NCBI GenBank assembly: GCA_049680185.1
Contig: JBAUHI010000027.1
Location: 43,383 to 107,382 of the forward strand
Direction of reading: 5' to 3'
DNA: 64,000 nucleotides
Origin: Gemmatimonadales bacterium
Lineage (GTDB): Bacteria; Gemmatimonadota; Gemmatimonadetes; Gemmatimonadales; GWC2-71-9
Shown: piece by piece, positions 56,612-64,000 of the stretch
How the letters are laid out: every line of letters starts with the position of its first letter
Numbering within the stretch: position 1 is the first letter of the stretch
Translations under genes and position numbers: made by a program
Notes under the pieces: model-generated
What the model was told of the DNA's origin: nothing
Database searches by the model: none
The model's input: only the letters and a program-made list of their open reading frames with translations

Positions 56612-57627
56612 CCTTGATCCGCGTGGCGCTGGACGGCATGGGGGGCGATCACGCTCCCGGGGCCGAGGTCGAGGGCGCTGCCCTCGCCTTGGCGGAGCTG
56701 CCGTCCACGTTCCGCGTGCAATTGGTCGGGCGTCCCGAGGTGCTGGAGCCGGAACTGGCCAAGCATCCTGAGATCGATCGGTCGCGATTGGACGTGATCG
56801 CGGCACCCGACGTCATCGGGATGGATGAACGGCCGCTCCACGCGGTCCGCAAGAAGCCGCATTCCAGTCTCGTCGTCGGGCTTGCCCTCCAGAAGGAAGG
56901 CAAGTCCGATGCGTATGTCTCGGCCGGCAATACCGGCGCGGTCCTCGCCGCGTCCACCCTCATGCTCGGCCTTCACGACGGCGTCAAGCGCGCCTCCGTG
57001 GCCACCCCGTTCCCGACCGCCGATGGCGCCGTGCTCGTCATCGACGGTGGCGCCAATGTCGACTGCACCGCCCAGGAGCTGGTCGGCTTCGCCCGGCTCG
57101 GGACGGTCTATATGCGTGACATCCTGGGCCGCGCCGAGCCGGTGGTGGGACTCCTCAACGTCGGCGAGGAGGACGAGAAGGGGAACGCCGCCGTCCGCGA
57201 GGCCCATACACTCTTGAAGCGGACCTCGGGCCTGCGCTATGTCGGCAATATCGAGGGGCGCGACATCCTGGTGGGTCACGCCAAGTACGGCCAGCTCGAT
57301 GTGGTCGTCTGCGATGGATTCGTCGGGAATGTGGTGCTCAAGTTCTACGAGTCGGTGGCACGCCTCCTGGTGCGCCTCCTCAAGCGCGATGCGCCCGACG
57401 TCCTTGCCCGGGGCGATGTCCAGAAGGCCTTCCGGACCCTCGATTACTCCGAATACGGTGGCGCACCGCTCCTCGGCGTCCGGGGCGTGTCGATCATCGG
57501 GCACGGCTCGTCCGGCCCGACAGCCATCAAGAACGCCATCCGCGTCGCGGTCCAATCGGTGGAAGCAGACCTGAGCCGCCACATCGGTGAGGAATTCGCC
57601 CGGCCCGAAGCGACGGCCTTGGCATGA
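56608..57627 (+). CDS. plsX: Phosphate acyltransferase PlsX
   Basis: IRVALDGMGGDHAP, VSAGNTGA, CDGFVGNVVLK. Start is GTG 56608 or TTG 56614, overlapping the rpmF stop. Confidence 0.93.
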   Translation: MTLIRVALDGMGGDHAPGAEVEGAALALAELPSTFRVQLVGRPEVLEPELAKHPEIDRSRLDVIAAPDVIGMDERPLHAVRKKPHSSLVVGLALQKEGKSDAYVSAGNTGAVLAASTLMLGLHDGVKRASVATPFPTADGAVLVIDGGANVDCTAQELVGFARLGTVYMRDILGRAEPVVGLLNVGEEDEKGNAAVREAHTLLKRTSGLRYVGNIEGRDILVGHAKYGQLDVVVCDGFVGNVVLKFYESVARLLVRLLKRDAPDVLARGDVQKAFRTLDYSEYGGAPLLGVRGVSIIGHGSSGPTAIKNAIRVAVQSVEADLSRHIGEEFARPEATALA

Positions 57628-58613
57628 TCCGTCGTCCCATCGCGTACATCGCCGGCCTCGGCACCGCCGTGCCGCCGCGCGTGGTCACCAACCACGACTT
57701 CGAGAAGACCCTCGAGACGTCCGATCAGTGGATCGTTGAGCGCACCGGCATCCGGGAACGTCGTCATGCCGACCCCGGGATGACCGTGGCAGAGCTTGCC
57801 CGCCAGGCCAGCGTCACCGCGCTGGCGCAGGCTGGGATCACCGCGGCCGACCTCGGCAGCATCGTGCTCTCCACCGCGACACCCGATCGCTTGCTCCCCT
57901 CGACCGCCTGTGACCTGCAGGCGTTGCTCGGCGCCACCCGTGCCGCCGCGTTCGACATCACCGCCGCATGCCCCGGCTTCGTCTACGGCCTGACCATCGC
58001 GGAGGGGTTCATCGCGTCGGGGCAGAGCGAGAACGTGCTGGTGGTCGGCGCAGAGATGCTGACGACCATCACCGACATGACCGATCGGTCGACGGCCATC
58101 CTCTTTGGCGATGGCGCCGGTGCTGCGGTGCTCCGTCGGGCCACCGGCGACCGGGGAATGCTCTCGACGTTCATCCGGTCCGACGGCTCGTTGGCCGAAC
58201 TGCTGTACCGGCCGGGGGGCGGCGCGGCGCGGCCGTTCAGTGCCCAGGTGCTGGAAGAGCGCAGTTACCTGATGAAGATGGCCGGCCGCGAGGTCTTCAA
58301 GGCAGCGGTGCTCACGATGGCCGAAGCGTGCGACGAGGCGCTTACCCGCGCGGGCGTGACCGCGGAGGAGATCGACCTGATGGTACCTCACCAGGCCAAC
58401 GTCCGCATCATCGAGGCCACCGCCAAGCATGCCGGGATGCCGATGAGCAAGGTCATGGTGAACCTCGATCGCTACGGCAACACCTCCTCCGCGTCGATCC
58501 CGCTGGCACTGGTCGAGGCCGAGGCCGCCGGCCGGATCAAGCCGGGGTCGCTGTTGCTGCTGGTCGCGTTCGGCGCCGGCTTCACCTGGGGCAGCACGGT
58601 GGTGCGTTGGTGA
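57624..58613 (+). CDS. fabH: 3-oxoacyl-ACP synthase III
   Basis: AACPGFVYGL (active Cys), VPHQANVRII, GNTSSASIPLAL. Confidence 0.95.
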   Translation: MIRRPIAYIAGLGTAVPPRVVTNHDFEKTLETSDQWIVERTGIRERRHADPGMTVAELARQASVTALAQAGITAADLGSIVLSTATPDRLLPSTACDLQALLGATRAAAFDITAACPGFVYGLTIAEGFIASGQSENVLVVGAEMLTTITDMTDRSTAILFGDGAGAAVLRRATGDRGMLSTFIRSDGSLAELLYRPGGGAARPFSAQVLEERSYLMKMAGREVFKAAVLTMAEACDEALTRAGVTAEEIDLMVPHQANVRIIEATAKHAGMPMSKVMVNLDRYGNTSSASIPLALVEAEAAGRIKPGSLLLLVAFGAGFTWGSTVVRW

Positions 58614-59536
58614 CGGTCGTCCTCTGTCCCGGGCAGGGGGCGCAGAAGGTCGGGATGGGCCACGACCTGGCCGAGCGCTTCCCGGTGGCCCGGGCCACCT
58701 TCCAGGCCATCGACGAGGCCATTGGCGCGCCGCTCTCCCGCCTCATGTGGGAAGGTCCTGAAGAGGAGCTGACCCGCACTCACAATGCGCAGCCCGCCAT
58801 CCTGGCGCATACGGCGGCGGTCTTCGCGGTGGTGGGACAGGCACTGGGTCCGATCACGCTCGGGTTGGGACACAGCCTGGGCGAGTACAGCGCGTACGTC
58901 GTGGCCGGGGCGCTGACGCCCGCAGCCGCGGCCAAGCTGGTGCGGCGTCGGGGCGAGTTGATGTTCGAGGCGGGGACCCGACGCGCGGGTACGATGGCGG
59001 CGGTCCTGGGCCTCGCGGCCAGTGAGGTGGTCGCGGCCTGCGCCGAGGCATCGACCGGGAGTGAGGTCGCGGTCGCCGCGAACCTGAATGAACCGACCCA
59101 GACCGTCATCTCGGGCGATCCCGCTGCCGTGCTCCGCGCGGGCGAAGGATGCAAGGCCCGCGGCGCCAAGCGGGTCATCGGCCTCAAGGTGAGTGGGGCA
59201 TTCCACTCCCCGTTGATGGCGCCGGCGGTGCCCGCCCTGCGGGAGGCGCTCGGCACCGCGGGGTTTCAGGACCCGCGTTTCCCGGTCATCGCCAACGCCA
59301 GCGCAATGGCGGTGACCACCGCTGGCGCCGCGATGACGCTCCTGGCCGAGCAGCTCACGGCACCAGTGCGCTGGGTGGAGTGCCAGCGGGAGGCCGCCCG
59401 CCTCGCCCCCGAGGCCCGTTACATCGAACTCGGCCCCGGCACGGTGCTCTCCGGGTTGCTCAAGAAGATCGTCCCCGGCGCCCTGAGCATTCCGCTCGGC
59501 AGCGCCGACGAGGTGGAAAAGTTCCTCGCCGCGTAA
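58610..59536 (+). CDS. fabD: Malonyl CoA-ACP transacylase
   Basis: CPGQGAQKVGMG, GHSLGEYSA, VSGAFHSPLM. The GTG overlaps the fabH stop. Confidence 0.93.
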   Translation: MTVVLCPGQGAQKVGMGHDLAERFPVARATFQAIDEAIGAPLSRLMWEGPEEELTRTHNAQPAILAHTAAVFAVVGQALGPITLGLGHSLGEYSAYVVAGALTPAAAAKLVRRRGELMFEAGTRRAGTMAAVLGLAASEVVAACAEASTGSEVAVAANLNEPTQTVISGDPAAVLRAGEGCKARGAKRVIGLKVSGAFHSPLMAPAVPALREALGTAGFQDPRFPVIANASAMAVTTAGAAMTLLAEQLTAPVRWVECQREAARLAPEARYIELGPGTVLSGLLKKIVPGALSIPLGSADEVEKFLAA

Positions 59537-59576
59537 GCGGCCACCGATCGCCCGACCACCGTCCAAGCTGAGACAC

Positions 59577-60320
59577 ATGACCAGCACTGTCGATCTTTCC
59601 GGCAAGACCGCCTTCGTGACCGGCAGCACCCGCGGCATCGGACGTGCTGTGGCCGTGGGTCTCCATGGCGCCGGCGCCAAGGTGGCCATCCTGGGTCGGG
59701 ACGCGGGGCGGGCCCAGGCCGTGGCCGCGGAGATCGGTGAGCGGGCGCGGGGTTTTGCCTGCGATGTGGGCGATGCCGCGTCGATCCAGGCCGCGGTGGA
59801 GGCGGTGACCAAGGACCTGGGGCCGGTGGACATCCTGGTCAACAATGCCGGGATCACACGGGACAACCTCCTGTTGCGGATGGGGGACGACGAGTGGGAC
59901 CAGGTGCTGGACGCCAACCTGAAGGGCGCGTTCCGGACGGTGAAAGCAGTCCTCAAGGGGATGATGAAGCGGGGCGGGGGGCGCATCATCAACATCACCA
60001 GCATCGTCGGGCTCACGGGCAACAAGGGGCAGGCCAACTACGCCGCCAGCAAGGCCGGGCTCATCGGCTTCACCAAGTCGGTGGCCAAGGAGTACGCCAG
60101 CCGCAACATCCTGGCCAATTGCGTCGCCCCGGGGTTCATCGAGACCGATATGACCTCGGCCTTGCCGCCTGAGGCGCGGGCCGCATTATTGAAGGACATC
60201 GCGCTGGAACGGTTGGGGCGCCCGGAGGACGTGGCAGGCGCGGTGCTGTTCCTGGCGTCGGACCTCGCGGCCTATGTGACGGGCCAGGTCCTCGTGGTCG
60301 ATGGCGGGATGGTCATCTAG
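59577..60320 (+). CDS. fabG: 3-oxoacyl-ACP reductase
   Basis: VTGSTRGIGRA, NNAGITRD, YAASKAGLIGFTK. Confidence 0.95.
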   Translation: MTSTVDLSGKTAFVTGSTRGIGRAVAVGLHGAGAKVAILGRDAGRAQAVAAEIGERARGFACDVGDAASIQAAVEAVTKDLGPVDILVNNAGITRDNLLLRMGDDEWDQVLDANLKGAFRTVKAVLKGMMKRGGGRIINITSIVGLTGNKGQANYAASKAGLIGFTKSVAKEYASRNILANCVAPGFIETDMTSALPPEARAALLKDIALERLGRPEDVAGAVLFLASDLAAYVTGQVLVVDGGMVI

Positions 60321-60356
60321 GGTCGGACACCTTCTTCAAGACTTTTCGAGGAACCC

Positions 60357-60599
60357 ATGAGCAGCAACGTTGAAGACAAGGTCAAGGACATCATCGTCGA
60401 AGAGCTCGGTGTCGAGCGCGAGAAGCTCACCGGCGAGGCGAGTTTCATGGAAGATCTGGGCGCCGACAGCCTTGACACCGTGGAGCTCGTGATGGCGTTC
60501 GAGAAGGAGTTCGACATCGATATCCCCGATGAGGATGCGGAGAAGCTCCGCACCGTTGGCGATGCCCTGAAGTACCTTCACGAGAAGATCGGGAAGTAG
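60357..60599 (+). CDS. acpP: Acyl carrier protein
   Basis: 80 aa, phosphopantetheine site [17 protein letters not shown]. Confidence 0.96.
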   Translation: MSSNVEDKVKDIIVEELGVEREKLTGEASFMEDLGADSLDTVELVMAFEKEFDIDIPDEDAEKLRTVGDALKYLHEKIGK

Positions 60600-60602
60600 C
60601 CC

Positions 60603-61844
60603 TTGGAGCACCGCGTCGTCGTCACCGGGCTGGGCCTGGTGACCCCCGTCGGGAACACCACCGAGGACACCTGGGCCGGACTGCTGGCTGGCCGGTCCGG
60701 AGCTGGGCCCATCACGAAATTCGACACCTCCAGGCAAGGGGTGAAGTTCGCCTGCGAGGTGAAGGGCTTCGACCCGCTCCAATACATCGACAAGAAGGAA
60801 GCGCGACGGTACGACCTGTTCGCGCAATTCGCGCTCGGCGCCGCCCACCAGGCCGTGACCCAGGCGGGACTCGAGGGCGGGTTCCCGGCGCCTATGCGGA
60901 CCGGGGTCATCATCGGCAGCGGCATCGGCGGGATGCAGACGTACGAGGACAACTGCGCCGCGTTCGTCCTGAAGGGCCCGGACCGCGTGTCGCCGTTCTT
61001 CGTGCCGATGTTCATCCCGGACATCGCGGCAGGGCTCGTGTCCATCCGCTACGGGCTCAAGGGTCCCAACTTCGCAACGGTCTCGGCCTGTGCCTCCGGG
61101 GCCCACGCCATCGGGGAATCCTATCGGCTCATCCAGCACGGCGTGGCCGACGCGATGGTGGCAGGCGGCTCGGAGGCCGCGATCACGGGGCTGACCGTTG
61201 CCGCCTTCAACAACATGAAGGCGCTCTCGAACCGGAACGACGCCCCCGAACAGGCCAGCCGCCCCTTCGACAAGGACCGGGACGGCTTTGTGCTGGGCGA
61301 CGGCGCCGGCATTGTGGTGCTGGAGAGCCTCGAGCACGCCACCGCCCGGGGGGCCACGATCCTGGGAGAGCTCATCGGCTACGGCCTGTCCGCCGATGCC
61401 TACCACATCACGTCACCGCCCGAGAATGGGGAAGGGGCGGCCCACGCCATCCGCGAATGCCTCGCCGATGGTGACATCGAGCCGACGCGCGTCGGGTACA
61501 TCAACGCGCACGGCACGTCCACGCCCCTGGGCGATGCGGCGGAGACCCGCGCGGTCAAGTCGGTGTTCGGCGATCACGCCCGCAAGCTGGTGTTCGGGTC
61601 GACCAAGTCCATGACCGGTCACCTGCTCGGGGGCGCCGGCGCACTCGAGTTCGGCGTGGCGCTCCTGGTGGCCACCCGCGGTGTGATCCCGCCCACGATC
61701 AACCAGGTCACGCCCGATCCTGACTGCGACCTGGATTCCGCGCCGAATGTCAAGCGCGCGCGCGCGGTCGACGTGGCCCTGTCCGATTCCTTCGGATTCG
61801 GTGGGCACAACGTGACCCTGGCGGTGCGCCGGTTCGAGGCCTGA
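60603..61844 (+). CDS. fabF: 3-oxoacyl-ACP synthase II
   Basis: VSACASGAHAIG, INAHGTSTPLGD, KSMTGHLLGGAG. TTG start. Confidence 0.95.
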   Translation: MEHRVVVTGLGLVTPVGNTTEDTWAGLLAGRSGAGPITKFDTSRQGVKFACEVKGFDPLQYIDKKEARRYDLFAQFALGAAHQAVTQAGLEGGFPAPMRTGVIIGSGIGGMQTYEDNCAAFVLKGPDRVSPFFVPMFIPDIAAGLVSIRYGLKGPNFATVSACASGAHAIGESYRLIQHGVADAMVAGGSEAAITGLTVAAFNNMKALSNRNDAPEQASRPFDKDRDGFVLGDGAGIVVLESLEHATARGATILGELIGYGLSADAYHITSPPENGEGAAHAIRECLADGDIEPTRVGYINAHGTSTPLGDAAETRAVKSVFGDHARKLVFGSTKSMTGHLLGGAGALEFGVALLVATRGVIPPTINQVTPDPDCDLDSAPNVKRARAVDVALSDSFGFGGHNVTLAVRRFEA

Positions 61845-61919
61845 CCCGATGCGCGGGAAGGCCCAGATGACCCCTCGGTGCACCGGCATCGCGGGGTCGC
61901 TCATTTCGGGGGACCTGCG

Positions 61920-62885
61920 ATGGGCGTGAATGAAGAGCGGGACCTCGGGTTCGGCTCGGTCGTCGCCGACCAGCAGGGACATCGGCTGCTCAACCGGGAT
62001 GGCAGCTTCAACGTCCGACGTTCGGGCCTCGGGCTCGCGGGCCTGAGCCCCTACCACGACCTCATCACGATGTCGTGGCTGTCTTTCCTCGGTCTCCTCA
62101 CCGCGGCGTACATCGGCGTCAACCTCCTCTTCGGGCTCGCGTTCCTGGCCTGCGGGCCCGGCGCGCTGAGCGCCGCCGCCGGGGACCCCGGGATGTCGGC
62201 GTTCGGGCGGGCGTTCTTCTTCAGCGTCGAGACCTTCGCCACCATCGGCTACGGCAACATCGTGCCGGTGGGCGCCGCCGCCAACGCGCTGGTGGTGGTC
62301 GAGTCGTTGACCGGCCTGTTGGGAGTGGCGCTCGCCACCGGGATCATCTTCGCGCGTTTTTCCCGGCCCCGGGCCCACGTGCGCTTTTCCGACCACGCGC
62401 TCATCGCACCGTATCATGGCGCCACCGCGTTCGAGTTCCGGATCGTCAACGAACGCGAGAGCCAGATGATCGACGTGGAGGTCAAGGTCATGCTCGCCCA
62501 TCTGGTGAAGCACGGAGGCCGGAAGGTCCGGCGCTTCGATGAGCTCGAGTTGGAGCGACGCCGGGTGGCGTTCTTTCCGCTCGCGTGGACCGTGGTACAC
62601 CCGATCGACGAGAAGAGCCCGTTCCGGGGCCTCAGCCACCGTGACCTGATCGACTCCGATGCGGAGATCCTTGTGCTCCTCACCGGCACCGACGAGACCT
62701 TTGCCCAGGGGGTGCACGCCCGATCGTCCTACCGCGCCGGGGAGATCATCTGGGGGGCGAGGTTCGCGGCGATGTTCGATCCGACCGAGGCCGATGGAGT
62801 GGTGAGCATGGATATCTCCCGGCTCGATGAAGTGGAGCCGCTGCCCGGCGTGACCGACTGGCCCCAGCCCGTCGATCCTCGCTAG
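61920..62885 (+). CDS. Inward-rectifier-type potassium channel (KirBac family)
   Basis: Selectivity filter TIGYGN between two TM helices. N-terminal RLLNRDGSFNVRRSGL slide-helix region resembles KirBac3.1. Beta-rich cytoplasmic C-domain. The track ORF starts at GTG 61878. Confidence 0.85.
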   Translation: MGVNEERDLGFGSVVADQQGHRLLNRDGSFNVRRSGLGLAGLSPYHDLITMSWLSFLGLLTAAYIGVNLLFGLAFLACGPGALSAAAGDPGMSAFGRAFFFSVETFATIGYGNIVPVGAAANALVVVESLTGLLGVALATGIIFARFSRPRAHVRFSDHALIAPYHGATAFEFRIVNERESQMIDVEVKVMLAHLVKHGGRKVRRFDELELERRRVAFFPLAWTVVHPIDEKSPFRGLSHRDLIDSDAEILVLLTGTDETFAQGVHARSSYRAGEIIWGARFAAMFDPTEADGVVSMDISRLDEVEPLPGVTDWPQPVDPR

Positions 62886-62924
62886 ATTCGGTCATCGTCG
62901 CCCCGCAGGCCCCAAAGGGACCGA

Positions 62925-64000
62925 ATGCCATCGTTGCTCGACCCCGCCCGTCTTCGTGACCCCGCCCTCCGGCCCATCGCCGAGAAGGTGGCGATCGGTC
63001 GTCGGTTGGACGTGGCCGATGGCGTGGCCCTCTTTCGGTCGAATGACCTGCTCGGGATCGGCATGCTCGCCGCTTGGGCCAACGACCAGAAGAACGGCGA
63101 CCGGGTCTACTTCTCGGCCAATCAGCACATCAACCCCACCAACGTTTGCATCCTCCGCAACACCTGCACGTTCTGCTCCTTTGCCCGGATGCCGAAAGAG
63201 GACGGGCACTACACCCGCTCGCTCGACGAGGTGTATCACGAAGCGGAGCAGGCCCGCGGGATGCCGACCAGGGAGTTCCACATCGTCGGTGGGCTCCATC
63301 CCAAGCTGCGGCTGACCTACTACACCGACATGCTCCGGGGGCTCAAGGCGCGGCACCCCGACGTGCACATCAAGGCGCTTACCGCGGTCGAGATCGCCCA
63401 CCTCGCACGGATCGAACGAACGTCCGAGGAGGACGTGCTGATCCAGCTCAAGGACGCCGGGCTCACGTCGATGCCCGGTGGCGGTGCCGAGGTGTTCAGC
63501 ACTGCCGTGCGTGCCTCCATCGCCGAGCGCAAGCTCACCGGCGAAGAGTGGATCCGGGTGCACCGGACCGCGCATCGACTGGGCATTCCCACCAATTGCA
63601 CGATGCTCTACGGGCACGTCGAGACCGCCGAGGACCGCGTCGAGCACCTCACGATGCTGCGCGAGCTGCAGGACGAGACCGGTGGCTTCTTGACCTACAT
63701 CCCGCTGGCCTACCACACCGAGAACAATGAGCTCGGTGAAACGCTCCATCGCGTCGGGACCGCCACGACGGGGTACGAGGACCTCAAGAACATCGCGATC
63801 GGGCGCCTCTACTTCGACAATGTCCCCCACGTGAAGACCCACTGGCCGATGGTCACGCCGTTCATGTCCCAGGTGGCGCTGAGCTGGGGCTGCGACGACG
63901 TCGAAGGCACCGTGGTGTATGAGCGGGTGTACCACGAGGCGGGGGCCCGGACCCAGATGCACATGCAGTACCTCGACCTGGTCCGCTTGATCCGCGGAGC
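62925..64000 (+). CDS. Futalosine-pathway radical SAM enzyme, MqnE/MqnC family (aminofutalosine synthase-like), 3' end outside window
   Basis: My own translation from ATG 62925: MPSLLDP...NQHINPTNVCILRNTCTFCSFAR (CxxxCxxC), MPGGGAEVF, GGFLTYIPLAYHTENN, GCDDVEGTVVYE. Absent from the track because no stop codon lies in the window. Confidence 0.8.
   Translation, partial: MPSLLDPARLRDPALRPIAEKVAIGRRLDVADGVALFRSNDLLGIGMLAAWANDQKNGDRVYFSANQHINPTNVCILRNTCTFCSFARMPKEDGHYTRSLDEVYHEAEQARGMPTREFHIVGGLHPKLRLTYYTDMLRGLKARHPDVHIKALTAVEIAHLARIERTSEEDVLIQLKDAGLTSMPGGGAEVFSTAVRASIAERKLTGEEWIRVHRTAHRLGIPTNCTMLYGHVETAEDRVEHLTMLRELQDETGGFLTYIPLAYHTENNELGETLHRVGTATTGYEDLKNIAIGRLYFDNVPHVKTHWPMVTPFMSQVALSWGCDDVEGTVVYERVYHEAGARTQMHMQYLDLVRLIRG

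Noticed and set aside
61878-61919. GTG 61878 as the start of the Kir channel gene
   Set aside because: The upstream 14 codons (MHRHRGVAHFGGPA) have no counterpart in KirBac N-termini. ATG 61920 aligns with KirBac3.1-like N-terminal sequence.
62886-62926. 8-bp inverted repeat (ATTCGGTC / GACCGAAT) between the Kir stop and the mqn start
   Set aside because: The stem is short with a 25-nt loop and is not clearly above chance. It is not reported as a terminator or a switch.
1-64000. Scan for tRNA/rRNA/tmRNA-like sequences, CRISPR repeats, IS or transposase, integrase, phage, toxin-antitoxin or defence genes
   Set aside because: I recognised none. No intergenic gap exceeds about 230 nt. I found no GGTTCGA-type T-arm in a non-coding context and no periodic direct repeats. 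All sizeable ORFs are housekeeping or envelope proteins with native-looking codon usage.

Overview
Core chromosomal region of a GC-rich diderm bacterium. The protein families fit a Gemmatimonadota-like organism, but that is a low-confidence guess and cannot be verified here. About 65 tightly packed, intact housekeeping genes are present. Many start and stop codons overlap (ATGA, GTGA). The gene blocks, in order, are:
- 1192-10999: yicC-gmk-rpoZ-coaBC-udg-dnaB-radA-ispD-tsaC-ptp-aroE-comF.
- 11060-16934: gap-pgk-(beta-propeller lipoprotein)-tpiA-secG-carA.
- 17032-20566: an HU/IHF gene, moaD-moaE-moaA, a dienelactone hydrolase and trmL.
- 21723-29260: mdh and a type-B sdhCAB, followed by two envelope proteins.
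- 29387-33593: convergent M28 and M1 peptidases.
- 33695-48470: dcd, then a complete 14-gene nuoA-N operon.
- 48550-55883: PMM/PGM, a UPF0182-like membrane protein, arcC, sucCD and ndk.
- 55952-61844: yceD-rpmF-plsX-fabH-fabD-fabG-acpP-fabF.
- 61920-64000: a KirBac-type K+ channel and the 5' part of a futalosine-pathway radical-SAM gene.
I trimmed the 5' ends of many track ORFs using homologue N-termini, overlapping stop/start codons and SD motifs.
I saw no tRNA or rRNA genes, CRISPR arrays, IS elements or integrases, phage genes, or recognisable defence or toxin systems. I cannot honestly point to a novel multi-gene system here.
The features most worth a second look are non-coding:
1. A ~170-nt single-register imperfect palindrome fills the trmL/OMP convergent spacer.
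2. Five GATAGC-type motifs form crossing helices around a 21-codon ORF between mdh and sdhC.
3. A Rex-like GTGAA-N4-TTCAC palindrome sits 13 nt upstream of nuoA.
Secondary observations:
- Uncharacterised envelope genes are embedded in, or coupled to, the glycolytic and sdh operons.
- Several hairpins overlap start codons or leaders.
- Several predicted promoters have near-leaderless geometry.
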